A stretch of 64,000 nucleotides of DNA, taken from an archaeon. Lineage in GTDB: Archaea > Nanobdellota > Nanobdellia > Pacearchaeales > GW2011-AR1. Location of the stretch: contig JBDRCQ010000015.1 of NCBI GenBank assembly GCA_043821585.1, positions 2,909 through 66,908 on the forward strand, in the 5' to 3' direction. How positions within the stretch are numbered: the first letter of the stretch is position 1; every line of letters starts with the position of its first letter. A model generated the notes under the pieces. The model had not been told where the DNA came from. It searched no databases and saw only the letters and a program-made list of their open reading frames with translations. This document shows, one piece after another, positions 27,938 through 37,801 of the stretch. Position numbers and translations under genes: made by a program.

Positions 27938-29463
27938 ACCTGATTGCTGCGATAAGCCCTGATGTGTATTGTGATCCTAGCGTTAGGAATGATGTTAAGA
28001 AACTTGTGAAGAAAGAGGGATATATTGTTGCTGCGGGGAAGGCGAAGCTTGTTGAGTCGGTGTATGCAGATGTTTATCACTTGATGTTAACGAAGGGTGC
28101 GTTGAGTAAGGCTGGATTGAAAGCTCCTGTTGAGCAGCACACGTTGGTTTATGATGCTTTTGCCCAGAGTTTGGAGCCTGTTTATTTCTGGATTCTGGAT
28201 TTTGCTGAGAGCCTTTACGGCGGAGGGGTTGATAAATTAACAGACAACTTTGTTTCTTCGGCAGGGAGCGGCTTTTTTGCGGAGATGCAAGGCCGTGCGA
28301 CTCGAATGCAAGAAGAAGCTATGAAGATGATGCAAACGGCAGGAGTGTTGACTAAATCGGTGATTCAGATTATTTATGATCTTAAGGAATTTAAGTTAAG
28401 GTTGAGGCAGTATGAAGACTATCGCAAGCCTAAGAATCCTGGGATGAAGAATGCGGCGTTGCTTTCATTGAAACAGATTTGGATGGATAATGTTGACATA
28501 AAAAGAGGAAATGGAAGCATTAACGGGCTAGCTCAGAGTTTGGATTTTGTTACGATCAGGGACGCTTTCATGGTTGTAAACTCGTTAGAGAGCTTGAAGA
28601 AGCTGGATTTAAATGATAGAGTAAAAAGAATACTTGAACAGAGGGTTTCGGAGTTCTTTAGGTGGATTGATGAGTCCGAGAGAGAGCTAAATAAACGGTA
28701 CAACATTGAAAAGACTTATCTGAGGAGCCAGGTTAACTCTTTGAAGATTTACTCTAGGTGGGCTAAACCCTATTTTAAGGCCGCTAGACAATTGGAGCAA
28801 AACGCTACGTCTGATGCGAGCGTTGTTAATGCGTTTAATACATCTGTTTTCGAATTGGTTTTGTTGGTAAAGGGGAAGTATGATCCTGCAAAGGATGTCG
28901 CCAATGGGGAGCTGCCAAAGGTTGCTGCATCGGGGAAATTTAGGAAGCAGGTTCCCATTGGGTTGATTGAGTTTAAGTTTAGAAGTATTCCTGATAGGAC
29001 TGACCAAAAAGGGGGCTATTCTTTTAGGGGAAAGGTTAATGTTAAATTTACAGGTCTTGCATTGAATGAAGATGAGCTAAAAACCTTAAAGAAAAAAGTT
29101 GAGGAAGACGACTTTGGGGAGGTTTTTAAGATGGTCGAGGGTGCAACTACCGAAAGCCTTGGTGCTTTGATGGAAGATATAAATGAGTTTTTGGATGATG
29201 CTAGTGAGATCAGGTGGGAAGAAAAGAAAAGTCAGACGAAGGCTAGCGATGATGTGAATCCATTCTCTGCGTTGTTTGACTTTGCTAAAAAGGAAGAGGG
29301 GGGCAAGGATTATGCTGAGGGGCAGATACCTAAAGATAATTTTTGGGAGGCCATCCTTAGATCTCAGGCTATTTTGGATGCGAGATTGAAGTGCAGAAAG
29401 CTTTACGATACTTACAAGAAGGCCCATGGCATGCTTGCATTCCCGCCGACTGTGAAATTATAA
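27919..29463 (+). CDS. Conserved hypothetical helical protein (514 aa)
   Basis: Long ORF with host-like codon usage; no catalytic motif recognised. Confidence 0.85.
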   Translation: MSVDVKNLIAAISPDVYCDPSVRNDVKKLVKKEGYIVAAGKAKLVESVYADVYHLMLTKGALSKAGLKAPVEQHTLVYDAFAQSLEPVYFWILDFAESLYGGGVDKLTDNFVSSAGSGFFAEMQGRATRMQEEAMKMMQTAGVLTKSVIQIIYDLKEFKLRLRQYEDYRKPKNPGMKNAALLSLKQIWMDNVDIKRGNGSINGLAQSLDFVTIRDAFMVVNSLESLKKLDLNDRVKRILEQRVSEFFRWIDESERELNKRYNIEKTYLRSQVNSLKIYSRWAKPYFKAARQLEQNATSDASVVNAFNTSVFELVLLVKGKYDPAKDVANGELPKVAASGKFRKQVPIGLIEFKFRSIPDRTDQKGGYSFRGKVNVKFTGLALNEDELKTLKKKVEEDDFGEVFKMVEGATTESLGALMEDINEFLDDASEIRWEEKKSQTKASDDVNPFSALFDFAKKEEGGKDYAEGQIPKDNFWEAILRSQAILDARLKCRKLYDTYKKAHGMLAFPPTVKL

Positions 29464-29648
29464 TTTTTCTGAATTTGGCCTTTTCATTAGGTATAGGGGG
29501 ATGGTTTATAGCACGCTGCGCTGTAAGAAACCTTATCAGTTTCTTACCAACTTCCTTTTGCAATACTGCTCAGGGCTGGTTCTTCGCTCATCTGCGCTGC
29601 GAACCTGCTCGCTTTTGGCTGTGCGGTTTCTCGCTAGGATTTGCGAAG

Positions 29649-29698
29649 ATGCCTGCATTTCTTCCTGCGGTGAAATTATAATTTTTCTGAATTTGGCC
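29649..29698 (+). repeat. Duplicated 3' end of the 27919 gene
   Basis: 29-bp perfect match gtgaaattataatttttctgaatttggcc (29452-29480 vs 29670-29698); encodes MPAFLPAVKL* vs MLAFPPTVKL*. Confidence 0.9.
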
Positions 29699-29746
29699 AT
29701 TACAGGGCCTCTAGTGAAGGTTTAAATATTTGTTTAACATCTGTTT

Positions 29747-30262
29747 TTGGTGGGAAAGATTGTTAAGATTAAAGAGTTGAAGTCGAAGGTTAAGGTTCTT
29801 GGGGAGGTTAAGAAGTCTGAAGGGGATAAGGAAATAGAGAGGTTAACTAAGGGGGAGATTCCTGTTGATGATGCATTCGCAGTTGGTGCTTCGTCTCCCT
29901 TTAGGCTAGATCAGGGACCGCAGAGGGCTGTTGGCAGGGCTGTTCCCAGGCCATCTGTACAGGAAAGGCCGGGTGTTCCAAGAAGAGAGATGACTGGAAG
30001 CGAATTGTATGGTGCTGGAAAGACGATGGGTGGTGCTGCTGGGAAAGCAAGTTATAAGCCTGTTGAGACTATTGGAACTGCGCACTTAAGGACTGTTGGG
30101 GTGGGGAAGGATTTTGCGATGGGAGGTTCTGGGGGAGGAGCTTACGCTGATGCTAATAGGATTGAATCTGGTTTGAGGGATGCTACTTCAGAGAAAAACT
30201 ATTCGACGCAAGTTGAAGCTGGTGCAGGAAAGAAGAGTAAGAAATATGCATGGGATGTTTAA
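29747..30262 (+). CDS. Hypothetical low-complexity protein
   Basis: ORF after TTTAAATA; start probably GTG at 29750. Confidence 0.65.
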   Translation: MVGKIVKIKELKSKVKVLGEVKKSEGDKEIERLTKGEIPVDDAFAVGASSPFRLDQGPQRAVGRAVPRPSVQERPGVPRREMTGSELYGAGKTMGGAAGKASYKPVETIGTAHLRTVGVGKDFAMGGSGGGAYADANRIESGLRDATSEKNYSTQVEAGAGKKSKKYAWDV

Positions 30263-30300
30263 ATGAGGGTTTTAAATAAAATTTATTATTTGTTTAACTC

Positions 30301-30765
30301 ATGAAATGGAAAATTCCCCCAAAGATTAAAGTTCATGAGGCATTAGGCTGCATCGGTGATGGAAGGATTGAAGTGAATGGTAATGAAGCAAGGGTTTTTT
30401 CTTCGAGCAAGGGAAAGTTTTATTCTGTGAAGTATGATGGAAAAAATGCAATTATGTGCAATGATAATGGTTCATATTGGGTTGGTTATTTAGGATATCC
30501 TGCGATTGCATTTTTGATGTTGAAAGGTAAGATTCACTACAATGCAAAACTTGTGGAGGCGTTTAAGGATATTGCTTGGAAAGATGTGAACGTTAAATTC
30601 AAAAACGATTATGAAAAGACCGAATCTTATGTTTTGGATCTGATAAGAAAGAATGGATTTAATTTATCCGAGATTAACTCGGAGATAGATTCTATTTATG
30701 AACAGATTAAGATGTTGGAGATGGATCTTTTTGGGGAAAAAGTTAAACCTCCGTTGGGATATTGA
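30301..30765 (+). CDS. Conserved hypothetical protein
   Basis: PPKIKVHEALGCIGDGR, SSSKGKFYSV, NDNGSYWVGYLGYPAIAFLM; TATA upstream. Confidence 0.8.
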   Translation: MKWKIPPKIKVHEALGCIGDGRIEVNGNEARVFSSSKGKFYSVKYDGKNAIMCNDNGSYWVGYLGYPAIAFLMLKGKIHYNAKLVEAFKDIAWKDVNVKFKNDYEKTESYVLDLIRKNGFNLSEINSEIDSIYEQIKMLEMDLFGEKVKPPLGY

Positions 30766-30806
30766 GCTTTAGTAAGGTTTTTAATTTGGTTTTTCCTTAG
30801 TATTCT

Positions 30807-32735
30807 ATGGAAAAAGATGTGAGTTATTCGGAGAATTTTTATGCGGGTGCCGATTATGGCCTAGATGCTAATTATGCTCAGGGATTTTCTTCAGGAGTTT
30901 CCTCATACAGGTATCCTGTTTCTAGTTTTGGTGTGACAACAGATCCCCGAACGGCTAATCAGCTCAAGGCAGTTTCTGATAAGTTAAATACGGGCGCTAA
31001 GAGCATTGAAGTTACAGGAGTTACTGCAGCGACGTGGGAAACTGTTCCTGAGCCTCATCTTGTGGAGATTTATCGTTTGAAGAAGTTGACAGGGTCAGAT
31101 TTAACGTTTCATGGGCCTGTGGTTGAACCGACAGGAGTTAGCAAACAGGGGTGGAATGAATCTCACAGAGAGCAGGCGGAAAGGCAGATGTGGCAAGCCC
31201 TTGAGAGATCTCACAAAATGGATCCCAAGGGAAATATGCTCGTGACTTTTCACTCGAGTAATGGGCTGCCTGATCCGGAGACGAAGGTCATGGAAGAATT
31301 TGTAAATCCCGTTACGGGTAAGAAAGAGAAGAAGGAAGTGATCAAAGAGTTTTGGGTTGTTACTAATGATGGAAGGTTTGAGTCGATGCAGTTGACGCCG
31401 AATATGCTGTTAGAGAAAGATGGGAAGATCGGAAATTTGGACGAGCAAAGAGATACGCTTCAAGCTGCTATCGAGAAGCAAAATAAGGATACTTGGTTTA
31501 ATCAGTTGCAGGGTTGTAGTTTTCATGCATACCAAGGAAGAGATATAGTTGGAAGGGTTTTGAGGGGTGAGAAGATGGATAAGGGCATTAAGGAAAGTAC
31601 CGACGAGAAACAGTGGATGGAACTTTATAAGGGTTATTTGAAGGGAAGAGATGTTAAGGCGGCATTGGACAAGGTTGGTGCGCCATATAAACAGCTTGTT
31701 GAAGGTCAACTGCAGGAATTAGCTCATGGAGACATTTATTTGAGGGATTCTTATCAGGCATTTCAGAGGTTGTATAACCAAGCTTACACTGCGGCTGAGA
31801 AGAGCGGTAAACAAGGCGCAGAGGATCTTGCTAAGTTGAAGCAGTTTAAGAAGGAGATTTCAGAGGTCGTGCCCCACATGGAGGAGCCGGATAAGTTGGA
31901 TGTTTTGGCCGACACAATCGTGAAGGGCGTGAATCTTTTGAGATCTATTGAGGCGCCTCAGAATGTTAGGCCGTTGAGGGATTTTGGAGTCGAAAAGTCT
32001 GCTGAGACTTTTGCTAATATCGCTTATAATTCTTATGACAAATTTAAGAATACTGCTCCGATTGTGAGCATTGAAAATCCTCCAGCAGGGAGCGGATTGT
32101 CTAGGGCGCAGGATTTGAGAGATATCGTTGATGAGGCAAGAAATAAATTGAAAGGAAAGCTTATGAAGGAGAAGAAACTTTCAGAAAGCGATGCTAAGAG
32201 GCAGGCTGAAAAATTGATTGGAGCGACATGGGATGTTGGACATATTAACATGTTGAGGAAGTACGGTTATGGCTCTAAGGAGCTTAAAAAGGAGACTGCG
32301 ATTATTGGTGGAGATATTAACAAGATTCATTTGTCAGATAATTTTGGGATGGAGCATACGGAGCTGCCGATGGGCATGGGCAATGTGCCGACGAAAGAAA
32401 TGTTTCAGGCGATGAGGGAAAAGCTTGGAGACGAAAAGATGAAAAACATGAAGAAAATTATTGAGACAGGTAACTGGTTTGGTCCGCAGGCTTTCGGGAA
32501 CGCTACGCCTTTTGGCGAGTCATTGAAATCATTTGGAAGTCCAGTTTATGCCATGAAGATGTCTCCTTACTGGAACCAGACATATGGTGCTTCAGGGGGC
32601 TACTTTATTGGGCAGGGGCAAACATTGCCTGAACAACACTTTTCGATGTATGGGGCAGGGTTCAGTGGCATGCCTGTAGAGTTGGGTGGGCAAATGTCCG
32701 GACGTTCGCGAGTGGGCGGAACTCCTATGGAGTAA
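30807..32735 (+). CDS. Xylose-isomerase/AP-endonuclease-2-like TIM-barrel metalloprotein with large helical insert
   Basis: TFHGP, TFHSS, SIEN, TWDVGHINM, IHLSDNFG..H..LPMGMGNVP, IIETG. Confidence 0.78.
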   Translation: MEKDVSYSENFYAGADYGLDANYAQGFSSGVSSYRYPVSSFGVTTDPRTANQLKAVSDKLNTGAKSIEVTGVTAATWETVPEPHLVEIYRLKKLTGSDLTFHGPVVEPTGVSKQGWNESHREQAERQMWQALERSHKMDPKGNMLVTFHSSNGLPDPETKVMEEFVNPVTGKKEKKEVIKEFWVVTNDGRFESMQLTPNMLLEKDGKIGNLDEQRDTLQAAIEKQNKDTWFNQLQGCSFHAYQGRDIVGRVLRGEKMDKGIKESTDEKQWMELYKGYLKGRDVKAALDKVGAPYKQLVEGQLQELAHGDIYLRDSYQAFQRLYNQAYTAAEKSGKQGAEDLAKLKQFKKEISEVVPHMEEPDKLDVLADTIVKGVNLLRSIEAPQNVRPLRDFGVEKSAETFANIAYNSYDKFKNTAPIVSIENPPAGSGLSRAQDLRDIVDEARNKLKGKLMKEKKLSESDAKRQAEKLIGATWDVGHINMLRKYGYGSKELKKETAIIGGDINKIHLSDNFGMEHTELPMGMGNVPTKEMFQAMREKLGDEKMKNMKKIIETGNWFGPQAFGNATPFGESLKSFGSPVYAMKMSPYWNQTYGASGGYFIGQGQTLPEQHFSMYGAGFSGMPVELGGQMSGRSRVGGTPME

Positions 32736-32794
32736 TTCCCTTAGGAGAACATTTAAAAATAACTTCTACTTATTTTTAGTAGTAAAAAGAGAAG

Positions 32795-33739
32795 ATGGCT
32801 AAGAAGAAGAGTGTGAAAAGGAAGGGTTCTGTTAAGTTGGTTAGGGGAGTTCAGAATGTTAATGAGACAAATGTTAAGAAACCTGTTGTGAAAGCCAAGA
32901 AAGGTGTTGTTAAGGGAAAACCTAAGCAATTGAAGGAGTTGCCTGAGAGGAAACTGACTACTGAGAAGGAGATCGCGATGGACTTCGCGATTAAGGCACA
33001 TAAGAGGTTTGACCGAGTTGTTAAAGCTTCGATTTTGTTCGGATCACAAGTTAAAAATGCTGAAGCAGCCCCAGGTTCAGACATTGATATAATTTTGATT
33101 GTTGATGATGCGGCTATTGCATGGGATATTGAACTTGTTGCATGGTACCGGGAAGAACTATCTAAGTTGATTGCTAACCAAAAGTATGGGGCAGATTTGC
33201 ACATAAATACTGTGAAGTTGACGACTTGGTGGGAGGACCTTTTGCAGGGAGATCCTGTTGTGATTAATGTTTTGAGATATGGGGAGGCTTTGATAGATGA
33301 CGGTTTCTTTAATCCTATGAAAGCTTTGTTGTTAAATGGCAAGGTCAGATCTACTCCAGAGGCAGTGAATGCTGCGTTGCAAAGAGCACCAGGGCATTTG
33401 GCAAGAAGCAGGTTTTCTGAGATGGGCGCTATAGAAGGAGTTTATTGGGCGATGGTTGATTCTGCTCAAGCTGCATTGATGACTGCAGGGAAGATGCCTC
33501 CAAGTCCAGAGCATATCCCTGAAATGTTGAAGGATGTTTTTGTTGATGCAGGCATGTTGAAGGAAGGTTATATTAAGACGCTTGGAGAGCTTTATTTGTT
33601 GCATAAGTCTATTGCACATGGTCAGATTGGCAATATTGATGGTAGGGAAATTGATCAGTGGCAAGATACTGCGGAGAAGTTTTTGGGCGAGATGACAAGG
33701 ATTATTCAGACGTTGTTGGAAGCTCGAGAGCAGAAGTAA
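32795..33739 (+). CDS. Nucleotidyltransferase (MNT) with HEPN-like domain
   Basis: LFGSQ...SDIDIILIVDD; C-terminal YWAMVDSAQAALM..PPSPEH..HG. Confidence 0.85.
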   Translation: MAKKKSVKRKGSVKLVRGVQNVNETNVKKPVVKAKKGVVKGKPKQLKELPERKLTTEKEIAMDFAIKAHKRFDRVVKASILFGSQVKNAEAAPGSDIDIILIVDDAAIAWDIELVAWYREELSKLIANQKYGADLHINTVKLTTWWEDLLQGDPVVINVLRYGEALIDDGFFNPMKALLLNGKVRSTPEAVNAALQRAPGHLARSRFSEMGAIEGVYWAMVDSAQAALMTAGKMPPSPEHIPEMLKDVFVDAGMLKEGYIKTLGELYLLHKSIAHGQIGNIDGREIDQWQDTAEKFLGEMTRIIQTLLEAREQK

Positions 33740-33742
33740 GCC

Positions 33743-35389
33743 TTATTCTTTGTTAAGCCCTTCAAGTGATATCTCTAGGTAAGCTGTAGGCATTTTTATT
33801 CCCCAGGCCCTGAGGGTTTCAGGGTGGAGTTCACCTATTTGGCCGATTGTTTTGTTGTTTATCTTAATTGTGGCAGTTCTCCCTTCGATTAGTTGAGGAT
33901 GGTCAGATTCCTCTAAAGAGTATGTGATGTCGAGAGTCTTGGTTAATCGGTCGAGGATTTGCTTTATTTTTGTGAAGTTGGAAGGCGCTAAGATTATTGA
34001 GATGTTTTCTTTTTCGATAATTCCTGTTTCAGTCTTGTTTCTCTTATCTAATAAGAATACTGTGCCTATCTCAAATAACTCTTGGGGATACTCGTTGTCC
34101 TTGTTTTCTGAGAGGATTCTTAATGAGGGGATTAGGAGGTTTGGACGTAGATATTTGTATTCTGTTTTAGAGCCTTCTAGTTCTATTTTTTTGTCGTCTT
34201 GTAGTTTGAGCATTTCTGCTTCTTGTTTCTTAATGAGGTGATAGGTTGAAATTTCCATTAGGCCTAACCCTGCCAGTATTTCTGAGACTTCGGATTTTAA
34301 TCTTGATTTAATAGACTCTTCTCCTGTTGTTGAAATGTTTGGTACGTCTGGGATAATCTTGCCATACCCGTAAGCGATTGCAATGTCCTCGATTATGTCT
34401 ACTTCATGTAGGATATCTGTTCTCCAGGGCGCAACTTCAACAGTTTTGTTTTTATAATCATAACCCATTTTAGGTATCAATTTTTCTAAATCCTTCTCTT
34501 TTAGGTCAAGGCCAAGTAGATTGTTTGTGTGTTCTATGGAGAGTTTCATCTTTTCTGTTGAAAGAGCGGGAGTGATTATCTTCTTACCGCCGCCCAGGTC
34601 CAGTGTCATTTGATAGATTTTGCCACCCATTTCAGCGAGGGTTGTGACAATTATGTTTAGGGTTTTTTGCAGGGTTTCTAAATGGGATCCAGAACATTCG
34701 ATGAAGACTTCCTTTGTGTCGAGCGTCACCTTTCCAGTGTCGTGGCTGTTGATTATAGGGGGCATTGAAAGGATCTTGTTTTTAGCGTCGATAAATATCG
34801 GAAATTTGTTTTTGCCTTCTAAGAGATGTGCGTAATCTCTTCCTGCAGGGTGTTTGGACAGTATTTGGTTCCCGTCCATTTCTCGCGTTTCTTCAAGTGG
34901 GATGAATTTTATTTTTTCTGGAGGGCGGGCCTCGTATCTGATTGGAAGAGAAATTTTTTCTAAGGGATAAACTCCAATTGCAAGTTTTTTTCTATTTCTC
35001 CCTAAGGTGAAGTGCAGTTTTTCCTGTAGCTCAATTATTTCTTTTATTTTCTCATCTGTTAATTTAAGATTTTTTACAATTGCGCATGCAGTGAAAGGTC
35101 GAACTTCTTTAACAGAGGGGTCTATTTTTACATGGTGATCTTTTTCTGGTTTTTGGACCTTATACTTTTTGATTCCTTTCGATAGACCTAAGAATGCTCT
35201 GAAACTTCTGACATAACCATGCATTGAGATGAGGTCTGGGCGGTTTGGGAAGATTTCTACTTCTATCTCGTCGGAAGTGATTCTTTCTAGAGGCGTTCCG
35301 AATAAAGAGATTTTTTGTTCAACTTCAGAGTTTACCTTTTTGCCTAATGCTTTTTCGAATTCTTTGCGGTTGAATGTTACGTTTGTCAT
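33743..35389 (-). CDS. pheT: Phenylalanine--tRNA ligase beta subunit
   Basis: NRPDL, QEKLH..GRNRKK.AIG, SMPPIINS, RTDILHEVDIIEDIAIAYGY, GELHP. Confidence 0.97.
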   Translation of the reverse strand: MTNVTFNRKEFEKALGKKVNSEVEQKISLFGTPLERITSDEIEVEIFPNRPDLISMHGYVRSFRAFLGLSKGIKKYKVQKPEKDHHVKIDPSVKEVRPFTACAIVKNLKLTDEKIKEIIELQEKLHFTLGRNRKKLAIGVYPLEKISLPIRYEARPPEKIKFIPLEETREMDGNQILSKHPAGRDYAHLLEGKNKFPIFIDAKNKILSMPPIINSHDTGKVTLDTKEVFIECSGSHLETLQKTLNIIVTTLAEMGGKIYQMTLDLGGGKKIITPALSTEKMKLSIEHTNNLLGLDLKEKDLEKLIPKMGYDYKNKTVEVAPWRTDILHEVDIIEDIAIAYGYGKIIPDVPNISTTGEESIKSRLKSEVSEILAGLGLMEISTYHLIKKQEAEMLKLQDDKKIELEGSKTEYKYLRPNLLIPSLRILSENKDNEYPQELFEIGTVFLLDKRNKTETGIIEKENISIILAPSNFTKIKQILDRLTKTLDITYSLEESDHPQLIEGRTATIKINNKTIGQIGELHPETLRAWGIKMPTAYLEISLEGLNKE

Positions 35390-35832
35390 TTTGTCCTTAT
35401 TTCTTCAGCGATTTTATTTAATTCTTCGATCGATTTTTCTGGGCCAACTAAGGTTGTGATATATCCTGGATACTCTTCAAAATATTGTCCTTTTGAGAGC
35501 TCTCCGAACTTTTCTGTGTTGACGTTATGCATAGGGTATAATTTTGTGTGAATATGGTTGACACCTTGGCCTTCAAAAACCATTGCCACCCTTTTTACTT
35601 TTAATCCTTTTTCTAGTATCTTGGCTACTTTTTTGGAAGTATTTAGCAACTCGCTGTAGGCCCCTTCTGGTAGGTTGAATACATACGAATCATAATGGCT
35701 TTTTGTTATAACTAATGTCATGCCCTTGGCGTTTGGACAGTTGTCTAAGAATGCAATAAATTTGTCATCCTCGTAAACTATTGCAGATTCTAACTCTTTT
35801 TTTGCTATTTTACAAAATATGCATTCTGTCAT
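35386..35832 (-). CDS. HIT-family nucleotide hydrolase
   Basis: CIFCKI start, VYEDD, VNHIHTKLYP; inserted between pheS and pheT. Confidence 0.9.
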   Translation of the reverse strand: MTECIFCKIAKKELESAIVYEDDKFIAFLDNCPNAKGMTLVITKSHYDSYVFNLPEGAYSELLNTSKKVAKILEKGLKVKRVAMVFEGQGVNHIHTKLYPMHNVNTEKFGELSKGQYFEEYPGYITTLVGPEKSIEELNKIAEEIRTK

Positions 35833-37340
35833 CTCAGAATCACCTTCTTGTTTCTTAGATCTTTAAGGTCATTTTCGTATATCTGTCTGAAATCTTTTAT
35901 GTCGTGGATCATCATCATCAACCTGTCGAATCCAGGGCCCCAGGCTAGTACTGGAATTGGCTCGCCTAGTAAAGGCGTTGTGACTTCTGGGCGGAAGATT
36001 CCTGCTGCTAAGACTTCGATCCATTCTTTTTTCCCTTCGTGCCAGACCGCGCCTTCTACGGAAGGTTCGGTGTATGGAAAGTATGCTGGTTGGATTCTTA
36101 TCTTGGTGAAGCCCATCTTTTTAGCGAATTCTTTAAGATAACCGAGAAGATGGCTGAAATTTGCGTTTTTGTCTATGACAATTCCTTCTGTTTGATTGAA
36201 TTCGAATCCGTGGGACCAGTCTATTGTTTCGTTTCTGAAACATTTTCCTATTGAAAAGAACTTTGCTGGGAGGTCTTTGTTAATGTCCAAAGATGCAAGA
36301 GTTTTTGCTGAGAGGCAGGTTGTGTGCGTGCGAAGGACGACTCTTTTTGCGTCTTCTTCTGACCAGTTATATTGCCATCCTTTGCTTCCAGGTGTGCCTT
36401 GTTCGTGGGCTTGTTTGACTTTGTCTACAATCTTTTTTTCGGGAAGTTTTCCCCTTACATCTTTTATGTAGAATGTATCTTGAAGTTCCCTAACTGGATG
36501 GTCTTGAGCTGTGAAGAGTGCGTCGAAGTTCCAGAAGGATGTTTGTGTTAATGTTCCAGACATTTCTTTGAAACCGAGATCAAGCCAGATTCTTTTACCT
36601 TTTTCTATCGCTTTACTTACAAAATGCTTTTTTCCACCGTATAAAATTGGGACTTCTGATTTTATGTCATATTGTCTAAATTTCTTTCCCCTCTTCCAAT
36701 TTTTAACCAATTCAGGAGTTACTTCTTCTATTAGGTCTGTTGTTATGCTCTTGCCAGCAAGTTGTTTTCCTAAATCTGTGAGAGAGAATTCGGTTTTTGT
36801 TTTTTCTTCTATTTCAATTATATCTTTTCTTTTCTTTAGGTTTTGAAGTGCGAATTGTTGTTCGGGTTGTAGGGACGATTCTTCTAATGGCAGGGATTCT
36901 ATTAGGAGTTCTTCAAAACTTCTTTTTGTTAGGTCTTCTTTTGATGCAGTGAGGAAGATTTTTCCGTTCTTCAATTCAATCATTGCCTTGCCCTTTAATA
37001 CGCCCAGTGAGACTTTGAATTCGTTGTCTGATAGTTTTGACGATTTCTTTGCTTCTTCTAGGGGGATCGGTTTCTTATTTTCTAAGAGAAGCAAAAGAGC
37101 CCTTTCAGGCAGGTGGTTTTTCTTGTAGTAAATTCCGTTTGTTCCGAGGGTTATCACTTTTGTCTTTTTTGTGGAGAGATCCAATACTTTTTTTGTTTCA
37201 AGGAACTTTAGCGCTCTAAGCACTGAGGTGTTGTCTAATCCAGATTTTTCCCGGATTTCTCTGACTGAAAGGTTAAGGTGGGGGATTACTTTCCTTTCTA
37301 GCGGGGATAACTTATCAATTACTTTTTGAATGGATTCCAT
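35829..37340 (-). CDS. pheS: Phenylalanine--tRNA ligase alpha subunit (archaeal long form)
   Basis: FWNFDALFTAQDHPVRELQDTF, LRTHTT, FRNETID, YFPYTEPS, AWGPGFDRL. Confidence 0.97.
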   Translation of the reverse strand: MESIQKVIDKLSPLERKVIPHLNLSVREIREKSGLDNTSVLRALKFLETKKVLDLSTKKTKVITLGTNGIYYKKNHLPERALLLLLENKKPIPLEEAKKSSKLSDNEFKVSLGVLKGKAMIELKNGKIFLTASKEDLTKRSFEELLIESLPLEESSLQPEQQFALQNLKKRKDIIEIEEKTKTEFSLTDLGKQLAGKSITTDLIEEVTPELVKNWKRGKKFRQYDIKSEVPILYGGKKHFVSKAIEKGKRIWLDLGFKEMSGTLTQTSFWNFDALFTAQDHPVRELQDTFYIKDVRGKLPEKKIVDKVKQAHEQGTPGSKGWQYNWSEEDAKRVVLRTHTTCLSAKTLASLDINKDLPAKFFSIGKCFRNETIDWSHGFEFNQTEGIVIDKNANFSHLLGYLKEFAKKMGFTKIRIQPAYFPYTEPSVEGAVWHEGKKEWIEVLAAGIFRPEVTTPLLGEPIPVLAWGPGFDRLMMMIHDIKDFRQIYENDLKDLRNKKVILR

Positions 37341-37362
37341 ACTATGTTTAGGGGAAAAGGGG

Positions 37363-37800
37363 TTAAAAAGTTGTTGCTTCCTTGGCCTGGGAAGTCGAGG
37401 CCCCTAAGGAAATAAGGAGTTCGAAAGTGTCTTTTTTGTCTTTTTGGTTGACTAGGGCCATATGGCATTTGGCTCTTCTACAGGCTTCTACGTTTCGGAT
37501 TATTCTCGCCATTTCAATTGCTTTTTTCTTACGGGGGAGTTTTCTTAATTTATTAAGGTCGATTCCGATTGCAATGCTGTTCTTGGCCGCTATTTTTGCT
37601 AGGACATGATTTAGGCCAGAGTCGAGCTTTCTTAGCTTATCTTTGCCTTCAGTGTTATGAATGTCTAAGAGAATTTGGAACTTTCCGTATTCGAGTATTT
37701 TACGGTTGAATTCTAGGTCTTGTGCTTGGAGGATTATGGGGCGCTTCGCTGTCCGAATTTGGTTTTTTGCTTGCTGGATGTTCTTTGTAGAGATTATCAT
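37363..37800 (-). CDS. rnp3: RNase P subunit Rpp30-like protein (reduced)
   Basis: FNRKILE, DSGLNHVLAKIAAKNSIAIGID, SLG near the C-terminus. Confidence 0.75.
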   Translation of the reverse strand: MIISTKNIQQAKNQIRTAKRPIILQAQDLEFNRKILEYGKFQILLDIHNTEGKDKLRKLDSGLNHVLAKIAAKNSIAIGIDLNKLRKLPRKKKAIEMARIIRNVEACRRAKCHMALVNQKDKKDTFELLISLGASTSQAKEATTF

Positions 37801-37801
37801 T

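Noticed and set aside
29369..29725. Short ORFs downstream of the 514-aa gene
   Set aside because: They arise from the duplicated terminus and the hairpin insert; no promoter or family signal
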